A stretch of DNA of 64,000 nt from Vicugna vicugna (GCA_013265495.1 MU059756.1:992001-1056000); one strand, 5' to 3'; positions 47,990 to 61,085 are shown, numbered from the stretch's first letter. Program-made: numbers and translations. The notes: generated by a model not told the origin, from the sequence alone.

Positions 47990-48974
47990 AACTTGGAACC
48001 ACAGAGTATCATGTTCAAATCAGACCCCACTAGGAGAATGGTCTGGGTGGGATGATATCATAAAATAAAATAAAATTCAAAAATTCCCCAAATGGTAAGA
48101 AAAACAGAGCCTGTGTGGTAGACGGCCCCGGAAGGAGCAAGCACTTCTGTACAAGTGGCCTCTGACTGTCTGGGCCCGAGTTTTCACTTCTCCCTTGGGT
48201 TTCTTTAATTTTTTCCTCCACTCTTCCTACCAGTCTCCAAGGATTTGTAGATCTTTATTTCTTTATGCTGAGGCACAGACAAAAATTCTTTTCTTTTCCT
48301 TCCTTCACTCAGTATGTTGAAAAAAAAAAACCAGCTAAGAAAAAGCAAGAGGAAGAAGGGAGGGCAGAGGAAGGAAGTATCACCAGGCTGAGTATTCAGT
48401 GTATGGGTCCCTGATCCCAAGGAGAATCTATCCCTCCCCCTAGATACTGGGGGTTAGGATGGTGGGCGCTGCTGGCAAGGCCATAGGCCCAAGACTCTTT
48501 CCTCCCTCCTCCTGTCAGCTGCTGGTCCACAACATCATCTCCCTGCTTAAGGATGAATCCACTTAATTACCCTGCACCGTCAATATCAAAGGAAGACCAG
48601 TTATGTGACCTTCAGGAAGTTCCCTAATCCTCAAGGACGTCATGCCAATTTTTTTTTAAGCTTCTATTTAGAGCTCTTGTTTCATCGGCTGAGCATCCAT
48701 AATTGATACCGCGAAAGCCCCATCCTTTTCACTTTGTTTCTCAGCTCCGCACATGGTTTAGTTGGTCTAGTTTACAAATGGTGGGAAAGAGCAGATTTCC
48801 AGCCATGGTCGTTGTGGCAGGACTTGACTTCCTTTTTTCCCTTATCTGTCTCCGGAGGGAAGTGTCTCTTTGGTAAAGAATCTGGGACTTTGTTGGTAAA
48901 CTAATGTCTTGAGGTTAAAATAAATAAATGGTCGATATTAGGAGGAAAAAAAGTCTTGCTTTGAAGAAAATGCT

Positions 48975-49150
48975 AGTGGTTCTTCAGCTTCCCCGCATGT
49001 GGTCCCCAAACCAGCAGCCTCACCATCACCTGGGAGCTTGTTAGCAAGGCACACCCTCCCCAGGCCTTCTAAGTCAGAAACTCTGGGGACACAGTGGTCT
49101 GTGTGTTAAGAAGCCCTCCAGATGTTTCCAACACATGATCTGAGCCACTG
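48975..49150. mobile_element. MER5A (hAT-Charlie)
   Basis: ctagtggttcttcagc..ccagcagcctcaccatcacctgggagcttgttag..cagaaactctgggg..ttaagaagccctccagatg..gagccactgg. Confidence 0.85.
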
Positions 49151-49189
49151 GGTTATGCAATATCCATGCTCCCCCCTTTTTTTTTTCAT

Positions 49190-49610
49190 ACTAATAGAAC
49201 CTCAGGGCAGCAATGTGCCCAGCTAAAAGGTAAGATTCCTTATCATCCTTGCCGTAGAGTTGGTTCAGGTGATAAAAGCAGAAGTCATTAGGTGAGGCTC
49301 TGGGAAACCTCATTAAAGGGGGCTGCCTCCACTGGCAGAAACACCCTTGTTTTTGCCCCCTTCCTTCTACTATCTGCCTGGAACTAGAAGTCTGGCAGCC
49401 ATTGTGGACCACAAGGTGACCTTGAATATGGATGTGACTAAGGATAGAGGAGCAGAGAGACTGAAAGAGCATCTGCCCCTGTTAAGAGGTGCTCCCATAC
49501 CAGCCCTGACAGCCCTTCTTCAACTTCCTTAGGAGAGAGAGAGAAATCTCTATCTTGTTTAAGCCACGTGGGTTTTTTGTTGTGTGCCGTTGGATCCAGC
49601 CCTAATATAT
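49190..49610 (+). mobile_element. Old MaLR LTR (MLT1J-like)
   Basis: gcagccattgtggaccacaaggtgacc..; gagagagaaatctctatcttgtttaagccac..cagccctaatata. Confidence 0.65.
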
Positions 49611-49619
49611 TTTGTATTT

Positions 49620-49835
49620 CAGTTGACCTTGAACAATGTGAGGGTTTAGGGGTGCTGACACTCAGCAATCAAAAATCTGCTGTAATTTTACAGTTGGCTC
49701 TCCTTCTCTGGGGTTCCTCATCCACAGATTCCACCCGCCTTGGTTCATAGACTACTGTAGTACCTATTTATCAACAAAACTCTGCATGTAAGTGGACCCA
49801 TGCAGTTAAGACCTGTGTTGTTCAAGGGCCAGCTG
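49620..49835. mobile_element. TcMar-Tigger non-autonomous element (Tigger2/MER2-like)
   Basis: Terminal inverted repeats cagttgaccttgaacaa / ttgttcaagggccagctg, followed by TA. Confidence 0.85.
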
Positions 49836-50756
49836 TATTTGGATTACTTGTGTATTACCGCTCTGAAAAATATTAAGAGCTAAAAGCCTTCTCCAGAAAC
49901 ACATGGTAAAGGTGGGATATCATTCTTTAAGGTGAGGCATGGACATTGAAGGAAGGAATGAGATGGAGAAAAGATGGAAAGGACAGTGGGAGAATAAAGG
50001 AAGGTGGGGTAAGACCGGAGAAAGGGTCATTCTCAGATGCCCATCCAAGATGGGCTCTTCGTGGACTAGTAAACTGACTTCGTAAATGAAAGGATTATTT
50101 CTCACTGTCGCCTGGACTTAGATAAATCAGCTATTGCCCTAAAACAAACAGACTGCCAGAAATTTCTCCAGCTCATTTGGAATAAGCAGAGAATTGCAAT
50201 GTCAGGTCCTTTAACGATTTTTCATTTAAAAAGGGGGAGATAAAGGATGAAAAGAAAATTGGAGATGAGGAGAGAAGGCAGGAAAGAATAGCGGGAAATA
50301 GTTGGAAGGGAATATAGCTTCTCTGTCTTAGAAGAAATCACAAAGCACAGCCCTTTAAGGGGAGAATCAAAGTTGCAAATCTTTTATTTTATTTTCTTAA
50401 AGGTCAGTTTGTAAATTAAGCAGCTAAAATATTCAAACTAAAAAGCCAAAGTAAATTACGATGATGAGCTCTTAATCTACTTAGATTTTGTTTTTCCTCC
50501 CTCCAAATGTAGAATTATATTTCACATCAACTTCCACCGAAATCCCAGCAACAGAATTGTTTTCCATGGAACCGAGGCTGGGAGGAGCTCTTATCACATA
50601 AAGTCCCCCAGACGGAGTCCTGAGAAGATCCTGTATGGGACAGTCTGATGATTCATATGCACGTAAGTTTAGAGAGGCGTTTTCAAATTAATTACAACAG
50701 TAGAAGAAAAGAATAGCTATGAGGAAAAGGGTACCTCTTCACCCTGACAGGGGCAG

Positions 50757-50795
50757 GACGTCAATCACGTGACCTGTTGAATCTGTAAACAAACA
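50757..50795. promoter_or_regulatory. Candidate enhancer motif cluster (CRE-like, E-box, forkhead)
   Basis: GACGTCA at 50757-50763, TCACGTGAC at 50765-50773, TGTAAACAAACA at 50784-50795, in non-repeat sequence. Confidence 0.45.
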
Positions 50796-51989
50796 GCAGG
50801 GTCTTCACTGGAGATTGTGAGCTCAGATTGCCAGGGCCAAGTGGGAGGCCCAAGCGGGGGAGGGGAGAATCCCACCAATGGTCAGGAGGAAAGGAGAATA
50901 GCTCTTTCCTCTTCTAGTCTAATCCTATATCAGCTGCTCACCAACCAGAAGCATATACAGGAGGGAAATCACAAACTGTCCCTTTCCCCAGTCAGCCTCC
51001 ACTGCGGTTGTGACAAGAGATGGTGGCGCTCAGGATGGAGCAGTGCGAGCAGTGTAAGAATCAGGGCTTCCCGAAGTCCTGTCTTTATGTACCTTTTCAC
51101 CAGCAATGAGCTGGAGTCTGGCTTGCCATCAGAGTCCAGTCACCCTATTCATTTCAAGATCACCTTGAGAATTTCCTAATGCCCTCAAATCAAGCCAAAT
51201 TCTCAAAAAAGCTGCCAACTTAGACTGTAGTGTCTTCCACTGTTTTAATTAAGCTGTTCTAATTAAATTTCTCACCACCTCAGAGCATGTGGTCTGGGAG
51301 TCAGATTTAATTTGGTTTATTAAAATAATGTGCTGTTGAGTGACATTTATATCTGTCTCCTTAGGTTTGTCTGGAGATGGTTCATTCTGAAGCCTGACCA
51401 AGAGGGGGCTTTTCCCTTCATTCTTCCCGCAGAAGCACAGGCAGGCTCTGGCGCTGCCTGCTTTAGCTCCCCCAGGGAAACACAGATGGAAGCCAGAGCA
51501 AGAAGTGAGGTGACGGCAACAAGGCCAGAGAAGCAGGAGGAAAGGCATGAAGACCTAAGGGGCTCTGGAGAAAGGGTGACAGAGGGGAAAGCCAGAGAGG
51601 AGACACAAGGTTAAACCCAAGGGGAAGAGCTGAGAGCCCTTCCATCACCTTCTGGGTTTTGTGTTTAGCCTGAGCGTCTCACAGGAAGGTAATTTCCGTT
51701 TGCTGAGGGACTAGGCGTTCCAGCCCTGCCACCACTGGGTGGCACTGGGTCACACGCCGATGCCTGGAGCCAGAGGCTGGGGCCTGTTGTGAGGCCGATT
51801 TGCTGCTTCCTTCTAGGGACTGGCCTTCTTCTCTCCTCCTTCCTTTGGCCCTTTTAGCTCAGAAGCTCCAGTGGGAGGAGACGTTACTCTTTCAGTACCC
51901 ATTTTATAATCCCAGGAAGGCATTCTGCCCGCAACAATAGCCCCCAACGTCCACGACCACAGTGAGGACAGCAGCACTGTACGGCACTG

Positions 51990-52215
51990 TAATTACAGTT
52001 AACAATACTCTGCTACGTACTTGCACGGCTAAGAGAGTAGACCTTAAATATTCTCACCACAAAAAAGAAATGGTAATTATGTGAGGTGATGGAAGTGTTA
52101 CTTAATACTGTGGTGGTAATCATTTCAGAACATGTACTTGTACCAAGTCAATTGTACCAAATCAATGCTGTACACCTAAAACTTGCACAGTGTTATATGT
52201 CAATTTTATCTCAAC
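51990..52215 (+). mobile_element. L1MA-type 3' end
   Basis: gctaagagagtagaccttaaatattctcaccacaaaaaagaaatggtaattatgtgaggtgatgg..tatatgtcaattttatctcaa. Confidence 0.88.
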
Positions 52216-52449
52216 ACAGAGGAGGGGAAAAGAGGTTTGGCAAGTTTCTACCCACACTCCTGAAACTTTCATCCTCTGCTTTGAGAAGAGCACGCCCCGG
52301 GCAGCCGTCACTCCTTTGCTCTGGTCCAGGAGAGAAGGTCAACAGAGCAGACCTAAACCTGAAGCCCCGCCCAACCTAGCCAGCCAGAGGTCAGAGGTCA
52401 GCTGCACTGTGACTCACCGGCAGACCTATAACCATGAAATAAGTGCTTC

Positions 52450-53230
52450 TAAGTTGCTGAAATTTGAGGATATTTGTTACATAGATAATTACAGAAGAGA
52501 TCTAATGTACAAAGACCATGGCCAAGAATTACAGCCTGGATGATGGAGGAATGAAGGGCTGATTATAAACAGAGACTTGGAAAAGAGAAGCAGAGCAGAT
52601 CTAGGGGACAGGAAGAGCAGCATGATTTTCATTTTGTTTTGATTTATAAAAAAATGACACAATTCTTACCTTAAGTTCTAGTGAGCTATCAGGTCTGGCC
52701 TTGGAATGGTCCTCATCACTGGATTTCAGGGCCTTGCACGTACTCGGCACATCATAGATACATAATAAATGTTGGTTAAACAAATGAGCAAGTGAGTGTG
52801 GAATAATAACAGGATATCCAAGAGGAAATTCTCTAGACAGAAACATGAATCAGATCTCAGGTAAGAGAACTGAATTTAGTGATAATGGAACCATTAGTGC
52901 AGCAGTGGTGGTCAAGCTGTAAGAGGCTATGCATTCCGGAGGGGGAAGTGTAGGGACGGAAGAGTGAACGGCTAATGACAGGCCCTTGGGTGTCTAGTGT
53001 CAGAAGGTGGGAGGATTTAGTGGGGTCTGTGGGGAACACAGAGAAAGAACGATTGAAGAGGGTAGGGAGGGCGAGGGCTTTGTAGGGCCACTCAAACCAA
53101 AGGCGGGAAGGGTTTCAAGGGTCAGTAATGTCAGTCACAGTAGAGAGGTTGAAAAGAACAAGGCTGGGGAAGAGACCTAGAATTTCTCTCGAAAGGACAT
53201 CATCAGTGGACTTAGAGAGAAATGCTTTCT
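52450..53230 (-). mobile_element. L2 relic(s), with a plus-strand L2 tail embedded near 52730-52790
   Basis: ttctagtgagctatcaggtctggcc..; cagtagagaggttgaaaagaacaaggctgggg. Confidence 0.5.
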
Positions 53231-54308
53231 ACCATGTGTAAAAGTTCGATTAACATCCAACAGAAAATATGTAAAGACAGCTGAAACAAGACAGACATGA
53301 ATAAACTGTGGGGGCAGAGCTTTGTTGATTTAAGGCACCAAAATACCTGAAAGCAACTTTGGCTCTTAGGGTCATTGTCAAAAAAATGTCATATGAAGCT
53401 AGATGCGCAAAAATCATTTTAAAAATTGAAAAAAAATCAGACACCATCACCTCCCTCAAATACTCTGTATTTTTTCTCTTTTCATTCTTTTCCCTTCGGA
53501 AATAAAGAAAGCAGCTACAGAGAATTCCTGCAGAGAAAACATATTTCCATCTAAGCCAAGTATTTGGAAAGCAGAGGACAGCTAGCTTCGGCTAACAATG
53601 TATTAATTCACAACAGCCACACGCTTCATAAATAATAGCTGGATGTCAAGGGGAGCCTCTCCCGTGACCTAGAGCTGAGATGGTAGGTGGAGGGTGCAGT
53701 GTAAAGCTCGTTAGTAGAAAGGAACTTGGGTTTCCACTTTAAATGAGGATTCCTTACTTGGCCATATGGGGTAATTGACCAAAGAGCAGTTATAGAGTAT
53801 AAGGGATCCATTTGTTTGACAACAAGTAAGAATCCAATTTCACTGAGCTTCGCGATAGATGCTAAAGGAGTGATAAGAACGTCCAGCGTTTGTAAGCAAA
53901 CTGATAGCAGACTGTCTGAGTGAGCGGCTAACTTCAGACAGACAGCCAGGAGGCTCTGAGAAAAGTCTCTGTTGAAACAACAGTAAGAAATTCTACAGCC
54001 TAATAAATGCCGTTGGGAGAAAGGAGTTAGAAATAGTGATAGTTTAAAGTTCAATTATAATGAAATTATTAGTAAGTTAATAGTAATAGAGGAGGAAAGA
54101 AAACAGTAACTCCTTAAAACGGATTGACCAAAATATCCCAGAAGAGCAATATAACATACCCATTTGTTTTTTGGTTTCTTATCGTTATAAATGATGGACT
54201 ATCCAAGCAACAGCAAACCCATTAATCAAGACTGTAAACAATTAAAATCTTTTTCCAGATCCGGGAAAGCATCAGAATGATCAAGACAGTGCCAAAAAAG
54301 GGAACATA

Positions 54309-54448
54309 NNNNNNNNNNNNNNNNNNNNNNNNNNNNNNNNNNNNNNNNNNNNNNNNNNNNNNNNNNNNNNNNNNNNNNNNNNNNNNNNNNNNNNNNNNNN
54401 NNNNNNNNNNNNNNNNNNNNNNNNNNNNNNNNNNNNNNNNNNNNNNNN
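54309..54448. other. Assembly gap (140 N)
   Basis: N run. Confidence 1.
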
Positions 54449-55105
54449 TTGGCTACTCAGCTAAGAGCCAGAAAGCCAAAGGTCCAACTTGGGTTCATGA
54501 TGATTAATCACAGGCAGAGCCACTGCCCAGAAAAGCCCCTGTTAATGAAGGGGCGCCTTTGAGAAGAAGCAGCCCCAAGAGAAGCTGCCAGGGACCCCTT
54601 GGGAAAAGAGAAGAGAAGATAGGGGACCTTGTTCACTCTGTTTGGGGGCTCAAACTAAGGCTGGAGCCCCGGAATTAATAACCGTATACACCGAATTCCA
54701 ACATTAAAAGGCAAACTGAGCATCTGATAACTCATCTTTACTGCAAGGATTTTTTAAAAAAATGAGATTCTGGTCTTTGACTACTTTGAAATAGGAGGAA
54801 AGTATAGGTAGGAAAGCGAGAGAAATAATGGAGATATTTTTAAATAAAAGGTGTCCAAATGGAAGTTAAATGTTGTTGGCACCAAGAGTTAGATACCAAA
54901 GGGAAATTTGTAAGAATGACAGTATGTGACAGTGGGAAGTGACTATGTTGGGATAATTTAGAGGAGATTTAAGAATTGGAGTCATTCATAATCTCATGTA
55001 TACTGATATTTAAATTCATTTCAACATCTATACAAAAGTATTTTCCCCATCTAATCAGAGAAGGCACAAGGACCTTTTTATGCACACATCCATTTTCTTT
55101 ATAAT

Positions 55106-55278
55106 ATCGTATTTAATGGATTCTAGGCTGCACCTTATTTTTACATTTAATATCTCTGAAGTCAGAATGTATCTTACAATCATGACATGTCACAATTTAA
55201 TTGAAGATGTTTTTACTTTCTTATTGGTACCAAAACAATGACATTTCTTACAATCGATGCCACTAAATATGATGTAGT
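55106..55278. mobile_element. MER104-like (TcMar-Tc2) relic
   Basis: tcgtatttaatggattctaggctgcacc..ctctgaagtcagaatgtatcttacaatc..cttacaatcgatgccactaaatatgatg. Confidence 0.65.
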
Positions 55279-55589
55279 TCACGAATAGCCTCTGAATCGA
55301 GTGGTCCCCATGCAGCAGATGGGTGATTTGTCTGCACTTACGCCACCCCAACTCTTGCCCCTTGAGGTCTGAAATACAGAAAGTTGGAGGTGTTCCTGAG
55401 GACCATGGATGCGTACATAGCTAAACAGTCACAAGAAAGATTTGCATGTATCTAATACAGAGGGAACAGGGGCATTCCGGCCGTGCCCTGAGATCTTTGC
55501 ACGCAATGCAATTTGTGAGCTTGTCAGCTCATTCTGTATGGAGTTCAGGTTCTTGGGAACACAGGGGAGAAGATGGGCTGCACTAGGAA

Positions 55590-55805
55590 TCTTCCTTCAT
55601 ACTATATACTGATATTGTACTCAGGACTCATTCATCTCTCATAACAACACAGTAAAGGTGGCGCTTCAGTATCCTTCCCGTTTTACAGATGAGGAAACTG
55701 AGGCTTCAACATGGTGAGTAATCTGCCAAAGGTCACACTGCTAAGTGTGGAGGCCAGTAACTAGACATATGTCCACGTGGCTTCAGAGCCTATGAGCTTA
55801 ATCAT
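55590..55805 (-). mobile_element. MIR SINE
   Basis: ccgttttacagatgaggaaactgaggcttc..gccaaaggtcacactgctaagtg. Confidence 0.88.
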
Positions 55806-56934
55806 TACATCACCCTGACTCTACCAAGACAGTCTTCGGACAATACGAAATATCGATGATTCACAAGGACTGGATAGGAGATGGGGAGATGGAAGAGAAT
55901 GGAGAAAATCAATTTTGAACAAGAGGAGAAAGTAAAGGTAAGGAAAACCCTCACCCTCAAGTCTCGACACTGTCTATAATTGAGGGTTTTCATTCTAGGA
56001 AGGTGGCTTTGTGAATGGTGGGACTGGTGGCTCTGCGCCCATTGCTTCCCTATTCTTGTAGGCACACCTCAAGAACCTGAATGAGTCAACTGTTCAGTCC
56101 CTGGGATTCAAATGGTGTGTAATAAAACCTGTACCACTTTTCCACCACCAGAAGATGCAAGTTCTATTCTTCAAAAAGTTGATTAAAATTCTCAGTCTCT
56201 TAATTGTCCAGAGAAAGAACCACAAAGTCATTATATGCAAATCTGAACTGTGAACTGTGTGTGTGTTCGTTCAGAGATACACACCGTTTTAAAAGCTATA
56301 AAACATAATTGTTTGGGTAAGCTCTGAACATGTGTGATATTTCACAAATACCACTCTGATGTATCTAGGTTATGTTTACACATTTTAAGACACATTAGGG
56401 TAATTTCCATGGGAAAAAAATGTGTATTTTCTCCCAAATTCTATGTCAATGGTAATTTTGAATGCATAAGTACATTTTTGGTTAAAGAGAACATCATTGC
56501 CACTTAATATATTACTGGAGATATACACAGATGTTGTTTATGTTTGCGCTTTATGTAAATTGCCTTTCAGTGGAGAAGAAATGTATACATAAGATTTCAA
56601 CTTGTTATGTTCTACGTATTTAGTTTGTGTAGTTTGTTTATGTTTCACAGAAAGCAAATATAAGAAGGCGATAGAAACCAGCATATTGCATCAAGCTTTC
56701 TAGTAGTTTTAAATTAAGTGCCCTGCATTTGTTAGCCTTTACAAATGCTGAGGAATTAAGAGGCACTTGGAAGACTGTGTCTTCTCCTGCACCCCACGGA
56801 CAGCAGTTTCGGCAGTTAACTGGTCTTTTCTCTGAGGGCAGTCATTCCCGCCCTGGTTTCTTTGCTTGTGATGTCTGTTCAGATCCCATTTCCATCTCAC
56901 CATGTGCCTCCTGGGGTGTTGTCAAGTCCTACCC

Positions 56935-57833
56935 ACATTAGTGTCCTGACGCTACTATAACAAATTACTACAAACCTGGTGACTTCAAACAACAAAAATG
57001 TATTCTCTCCAAGTTCTGGAGGCCAGAAATCAGTTTCATGAGGCCAGATCAAGGTGTCAGCATGGCTGTGCTCCCTTTGAAGGCTCTAGGGGAGAATCCA
57101 TTCCTTGTGTTTTCAGCTTCTGGTGGCTGCTGGTCATTCTTGACTTGTGGCCATGTATCAGTCCAACCTCTGCCCTGGGGTCATGCTGCCTCTCTTTTAT
57201 AAGGACACTTGTGAATGGATTTGTGCTCACCCAGATAATTCGGAATAACCTCCCCAGGTTAAGATCTGTAATTTAATCACATCTGCAAAGACTCTTTATC
57301 CTTATGTTGACCTTAAAAATAAAACAGCCAGTTTTCTTACCAGTTATTTTACCAGCAAAAATGGGTTTATTTGGGAATAGCAGAGAGTTGCAGTTCTGCG
57401 CAAGTATGCTATGGCAAAAACTACAGGCGAGTCTGGAGAGATAAAGGAGAGGACCATTCTTTTATAGGGGAAGGGGGGAAGTTGGGAGGGGCTGTTATAA
57501 ATGGTTCATTGGAAGAAACTAGGAGTTCAAAGTGTAGTGGCTTTTCATTGGCTGAGTTGTGACAATCTCTCCTGGAGCGGCTGTCGCTGGGCAAGCAAAG
57601 AATCTTCCTTCCTCCTGCTTGGGAAGTAAGCTTCCCACTGGGAGTGGCAGGTTCCTCCCTTCCCGCTGGGGTCTGTAATTGACATTGAGTGGCAGCCTGT
57701 GAGGGCTTCTCCTTCCAGCCTCTCAGCTTCATTTTCAGTGAGGTTTCCTTTATTCAATTTCACACTTACAACATGTGTAGTTTCCAGAGATTAGGACCTG
57801 ATATCTTTGGGTGGCCATTATCCCGCGTCCTAC
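56935..57833 (-). mobile_element. MaLR LTR (MLT1C/D-like), interrupted by an ERV1-type LTR
   Basis: ataacaaattactacaaacctggtgacttcaaacaacaaaaatgtattctctcc..; resumes at 57765 with cttacaacatgtgtagtttccagagattaggacc. Confidence 0.85.
57305..57764 (-). mobile_element. ERV1-type solo LTR with a perfect 4-bp TSD
   Basis: TG...CA termini flanked by CTTA (57301-57304) and CTTA (57765-57768). On the minus strand: CCAAT at 57547-57551, TATAAA at 57461-57466, AATAAA at 57366-57371. Confidence 0.9.
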
Positions 57834-57899
57834 GCTGCTCATTCTTCTAACCCATCTCAAATCCCGCCTTTTCCATGAAGTAGGAAAATGGAAGAAGCT

Positions 57900-58020
57900 C
57901 TGAATTGGGAACCAGAAGAGCTAGACTCTAGTTCTGACTTAGAACTAACTTGCTGAGTTATCTTGGGCACCTCATTTCTTTGGATTTCAACATGCTTGAT
58001 TATAGGATAGATGAGTTAGA
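57900..58020 (+). mobile_element. MIR SINE
   Basis: gagctagactctagttctgacttagaactaacttgctgagttatcttgggcacctcatttc. Confidence 0.6.
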
Positions 58021-58029
58021 TGCAATTTT

Positions 58030-58190
58030 GTGCCTTGGCATTTTGGGTGAGATAATCCTTTGCTGTGAAGGACTTTCATACCCTAATGCCAGTAGGGATC
58101 CCAGTCAATATGATAAGCCCCACCCACATTTCCCAGTGTCCGGGGATGGGGTAGGGGAATAATACTGTCCCAGCTGAGAACCACTGTAGT
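58030..58190. mobile_element. MER20-like (hAT-Charlie)
   Basis: attttgggtgagataatcctttgctgtgaaggac..aatgccagtagggatccc..tactgtcccagctgagaaccactg. Confidence 0.75.
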
Positions 58191-58799
58191 AGGGTATCTC
58201 TAATATCCCCTTTAAAAAGAGTAATATATTTATTGATCCTATTTCCCCTCGGTTTAGAAGTCAAGTGTATCATGCCAATTTAAAACAATATTGGAAAACA
58301 AGTATCAACAAGAAATAATGCTATAAGCATTTTGACATTTTCCATCCAGTCTTTTTTCATCTATTTCTGTACACTTTAAAACTCCGATTGCCTCTCACTA
58401 TATCTTCCATTTCATAACTTGTTACTCTAAATCATAAATATGAGCATTCTTCCATGTCATGAAATATTCCTCTGAGATGATTTCTAATGAAACTTAGAAT
58501 TTCATCTATGGCATTAGTATAACACTATGAGTCACATCACTCTGACCCTGTGAACACAATACACCTTTTTTTCTTCTCCTGTTTTTTGCACCATTTTTGC
58601 ACCAGCTTATATTATACTTTTTGTTCTCCATTTTTAAAAAGAATGCATAAGATTATAAAATCACTGAGAGCATGTACTGGAAAAATGCCAGCTTGAATAA
58701 AAATCAACTAAATATAGGAAGCACATAAAATATCTTTAAACACTTCCTTTCTAAATGGATGCTTTTTCCTGGTGCTGTTTTAGCCTGGGGGTGGAGATA

Positions 58800-59040
58800 A
58801 CAATAATAGTAATTAACACTCAGGCAGCATTTTTGTATGCCAGGCACATTCTAAGTGTTTGACATATACGAATTCATTTAACTCTTACAATAACCATATT
58901 AGGTAGGTACTCTTAGAAGAAAACTGAAGCCCAGAGAGGCCAAGGAACTTGCCCAAGGCCACACAGCTAGTAAGTGGCAGAGCTGGGCTCTCAGCTCAGG
59001 TGGTGTGGATCCCGATGTCTGCGCTCTTCACTGCTACACC
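58800..59040 (-). mobile_element. MIR SINE
   Basis: gaaaactgaagcccagagaggccaaggaacttgcccaaggccacacagctagtaagtggcagagctggg. Confidence 0.9.
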
Positions 59041-59869
59041 ATATAGACTCTTGAACAGGCAACACCAGGAGAGCTGGGGAGGCCCTGGGAGCTAGGGACC
59101 TGCCTCTGTCTCTTAGGGATCTAGGACGAGAGTCAACCTGCACCAGGTGGGTGATGGGTTAAGCGTCTGGAAATGCTTCAGGTGCTTCTTCAATATTTAT
59201 ATCTATCCCAGAACACTATCTGCTTCTGAGGAAGAGGATACATTTAGATTTCTCTTTTATGTGTGAAGTCCTGAGTTATTTGGCAGACTATTTTTTAATT
59301 TTTCTCTCTGATATTTTAGCACCCTGAAAGATGAGCACCTCAGGCTGTTGTGCAGCCAACCAGCTTTCGTCCAGCTCCTTCTAGAAGCATGTAGGGGCTG
59401 GGGGGTGTTCCTCTGGCACCTGTTGAGGAGTGGGTGTTTCCACTTGTCTCTCTAAGCAGCTCTTGACTGAAGTTAAGGGTGACATTCTCCAAACTAGGGA
59501 AATGGACAGTGTAGGGAGCAAAATTTGCCACCCCAAATTGTGTCATGAGGATTGATTTAGGCTGTCTCCTAGTGAGCCTGTGCGCCTGAGCTGTGGACCT
59601 CACGCGTGCTTCTCATTTGTTTTCTTTCCCCTTAGGAGGGACAGGACAGCTCCAGCCGCCTGGGACTGGGTATTTCTCTTCTCCTGGTCATTTAGGTTCT
59701 GATAATGCCCCAGCAGGTTTGCCTCTGGTTAACTATTCTCCCCCCAGTGCGGGCATTGTCAAGAGGGACAGGGCACTTTGGCCTGTTGCAAAGTGGTTTC
59801 TTTTTCCCGCTCCTGGTGAAGCTTAAGGGATTTTTCTCCCATGTTTACTGCAGGAATTCAGTTGAGCTC

Positions 59870-60215
59870 TTGGAGCTGTTATGCCCCCGCCCCAAGATGC
59901 CCCTGCCCCCCTTACCACTGAGTTCTTAGCTTCCAGAGTTGTCTGCATCCAGCCTCTAGCAATTCATCAGTCACAGTCCCAGTTTCCCTGCCACCGCCCT
60001 GGTTCCCCTGCTGGTTTCCGCTCCTGAGTCTCTGCTCCAGTAAGCTTCGACTGCCTGTATTCGCCTGTCAGTCTTTCCCATCTTAGGGGCAGTGTTTTGC
60101 CCTGTGTCCTCCCCTCTCTTACGGTCCAAGAAGAGTTGTTGGTTTTTAGTCTGTTTAGCTTTTTACTTGTTGTTATGACAGAATTGTGACCGCTAAGCTC
60201 CTCACACATGGAATG
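59870..60215 (-). mobile_element. Old L1M 5'-end fragment
   Basis: gggcagtgttttgccctgtgtcc..aagaagagttgttggtttttagtctgtttagctttttacttgttgtta..aagctcctcacacatg. Confidence 0.6.
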
Positions 60216-60229
60216 AGAAATTCCAGAGG

Positions 60230-61085
60230 AACAAAAGAAGTATTTCAAGTTCTTTCCTCAAGGAACTTATTCCCTAGATGGGAAGCCAGGCAATAGCCAA
60301 ACAAACCTAGGCTAGACTCCCAGGTGGTGATGGCTCTTAGGAAGAAACATTAAGTGGCGGGAAGAGAGCCAAGTGGGTTGGGGGTAGGGGACGGAGGAGG
60401 AGGGCGCCTATTTGGATGGGATGGCCCTCAGGTGACATGCAAGCAGCGCCTGGGATGAAAGAGCAAGCCACGCGAACATCAGAGAAAGAGAGGTCCAGGC
60501 TGTTGGGACCTCATGAGCTTGATGTGGTCAAGAAAGCCAGTGGGACTGGAAAGTGATGGGGCAGAGTGATCAGAGGCCAGACTGGAGAGGGAGATGGGAG
60601 GCAGATCTTGCAAGACCTGAACATACTGTTAAGAGAGGGACCAGAAGACAGTGATGGATTTTGAATCAGGAAGAGATGTGATTTGATTTCCATTGTATAC
60701 CTTTGTTATGGTGCCGTTTGGAGGCTGGATTGTAGAAGGACAAGGATAGCAGGAGCTGGGAGACGCAGGAGCCACTCCACTGGTCCAGGAGGGAGGTGCT
60801 GGTGGCTTGACTAGGGCCCTACAGAGCAAGTGAAAAATGGTCAGATTCTGAATATAATTTAAAAGGAAACTTGATAGGTTGGTTGTGGCAGTGTGAGAGA
60901 AAAAGAAATCAAAGACTTCCCCTATCGAGGGTAGGTACAAGTGGGGAAGGATGCCAAAGCAAAATCAAATCTTAAATTTGGTTTGCCTATTAGATATCTA
61001 ATTAAGATGTTGAACACACATTTGGACATATTAGTCAGTGGAGAGTTCCATGCTGGAGATCTAGTAGGGGGCATAGAGACATGGT
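60230..61085 (-). mobile_element. L2 relic
   Basis: gatttgatttccattg..ggagccactccactggtccagg..gtggcttgactaggg..aatggtcagattctgaatataatt..gtggagagttccatgctggagat. Confidence 0.8.
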
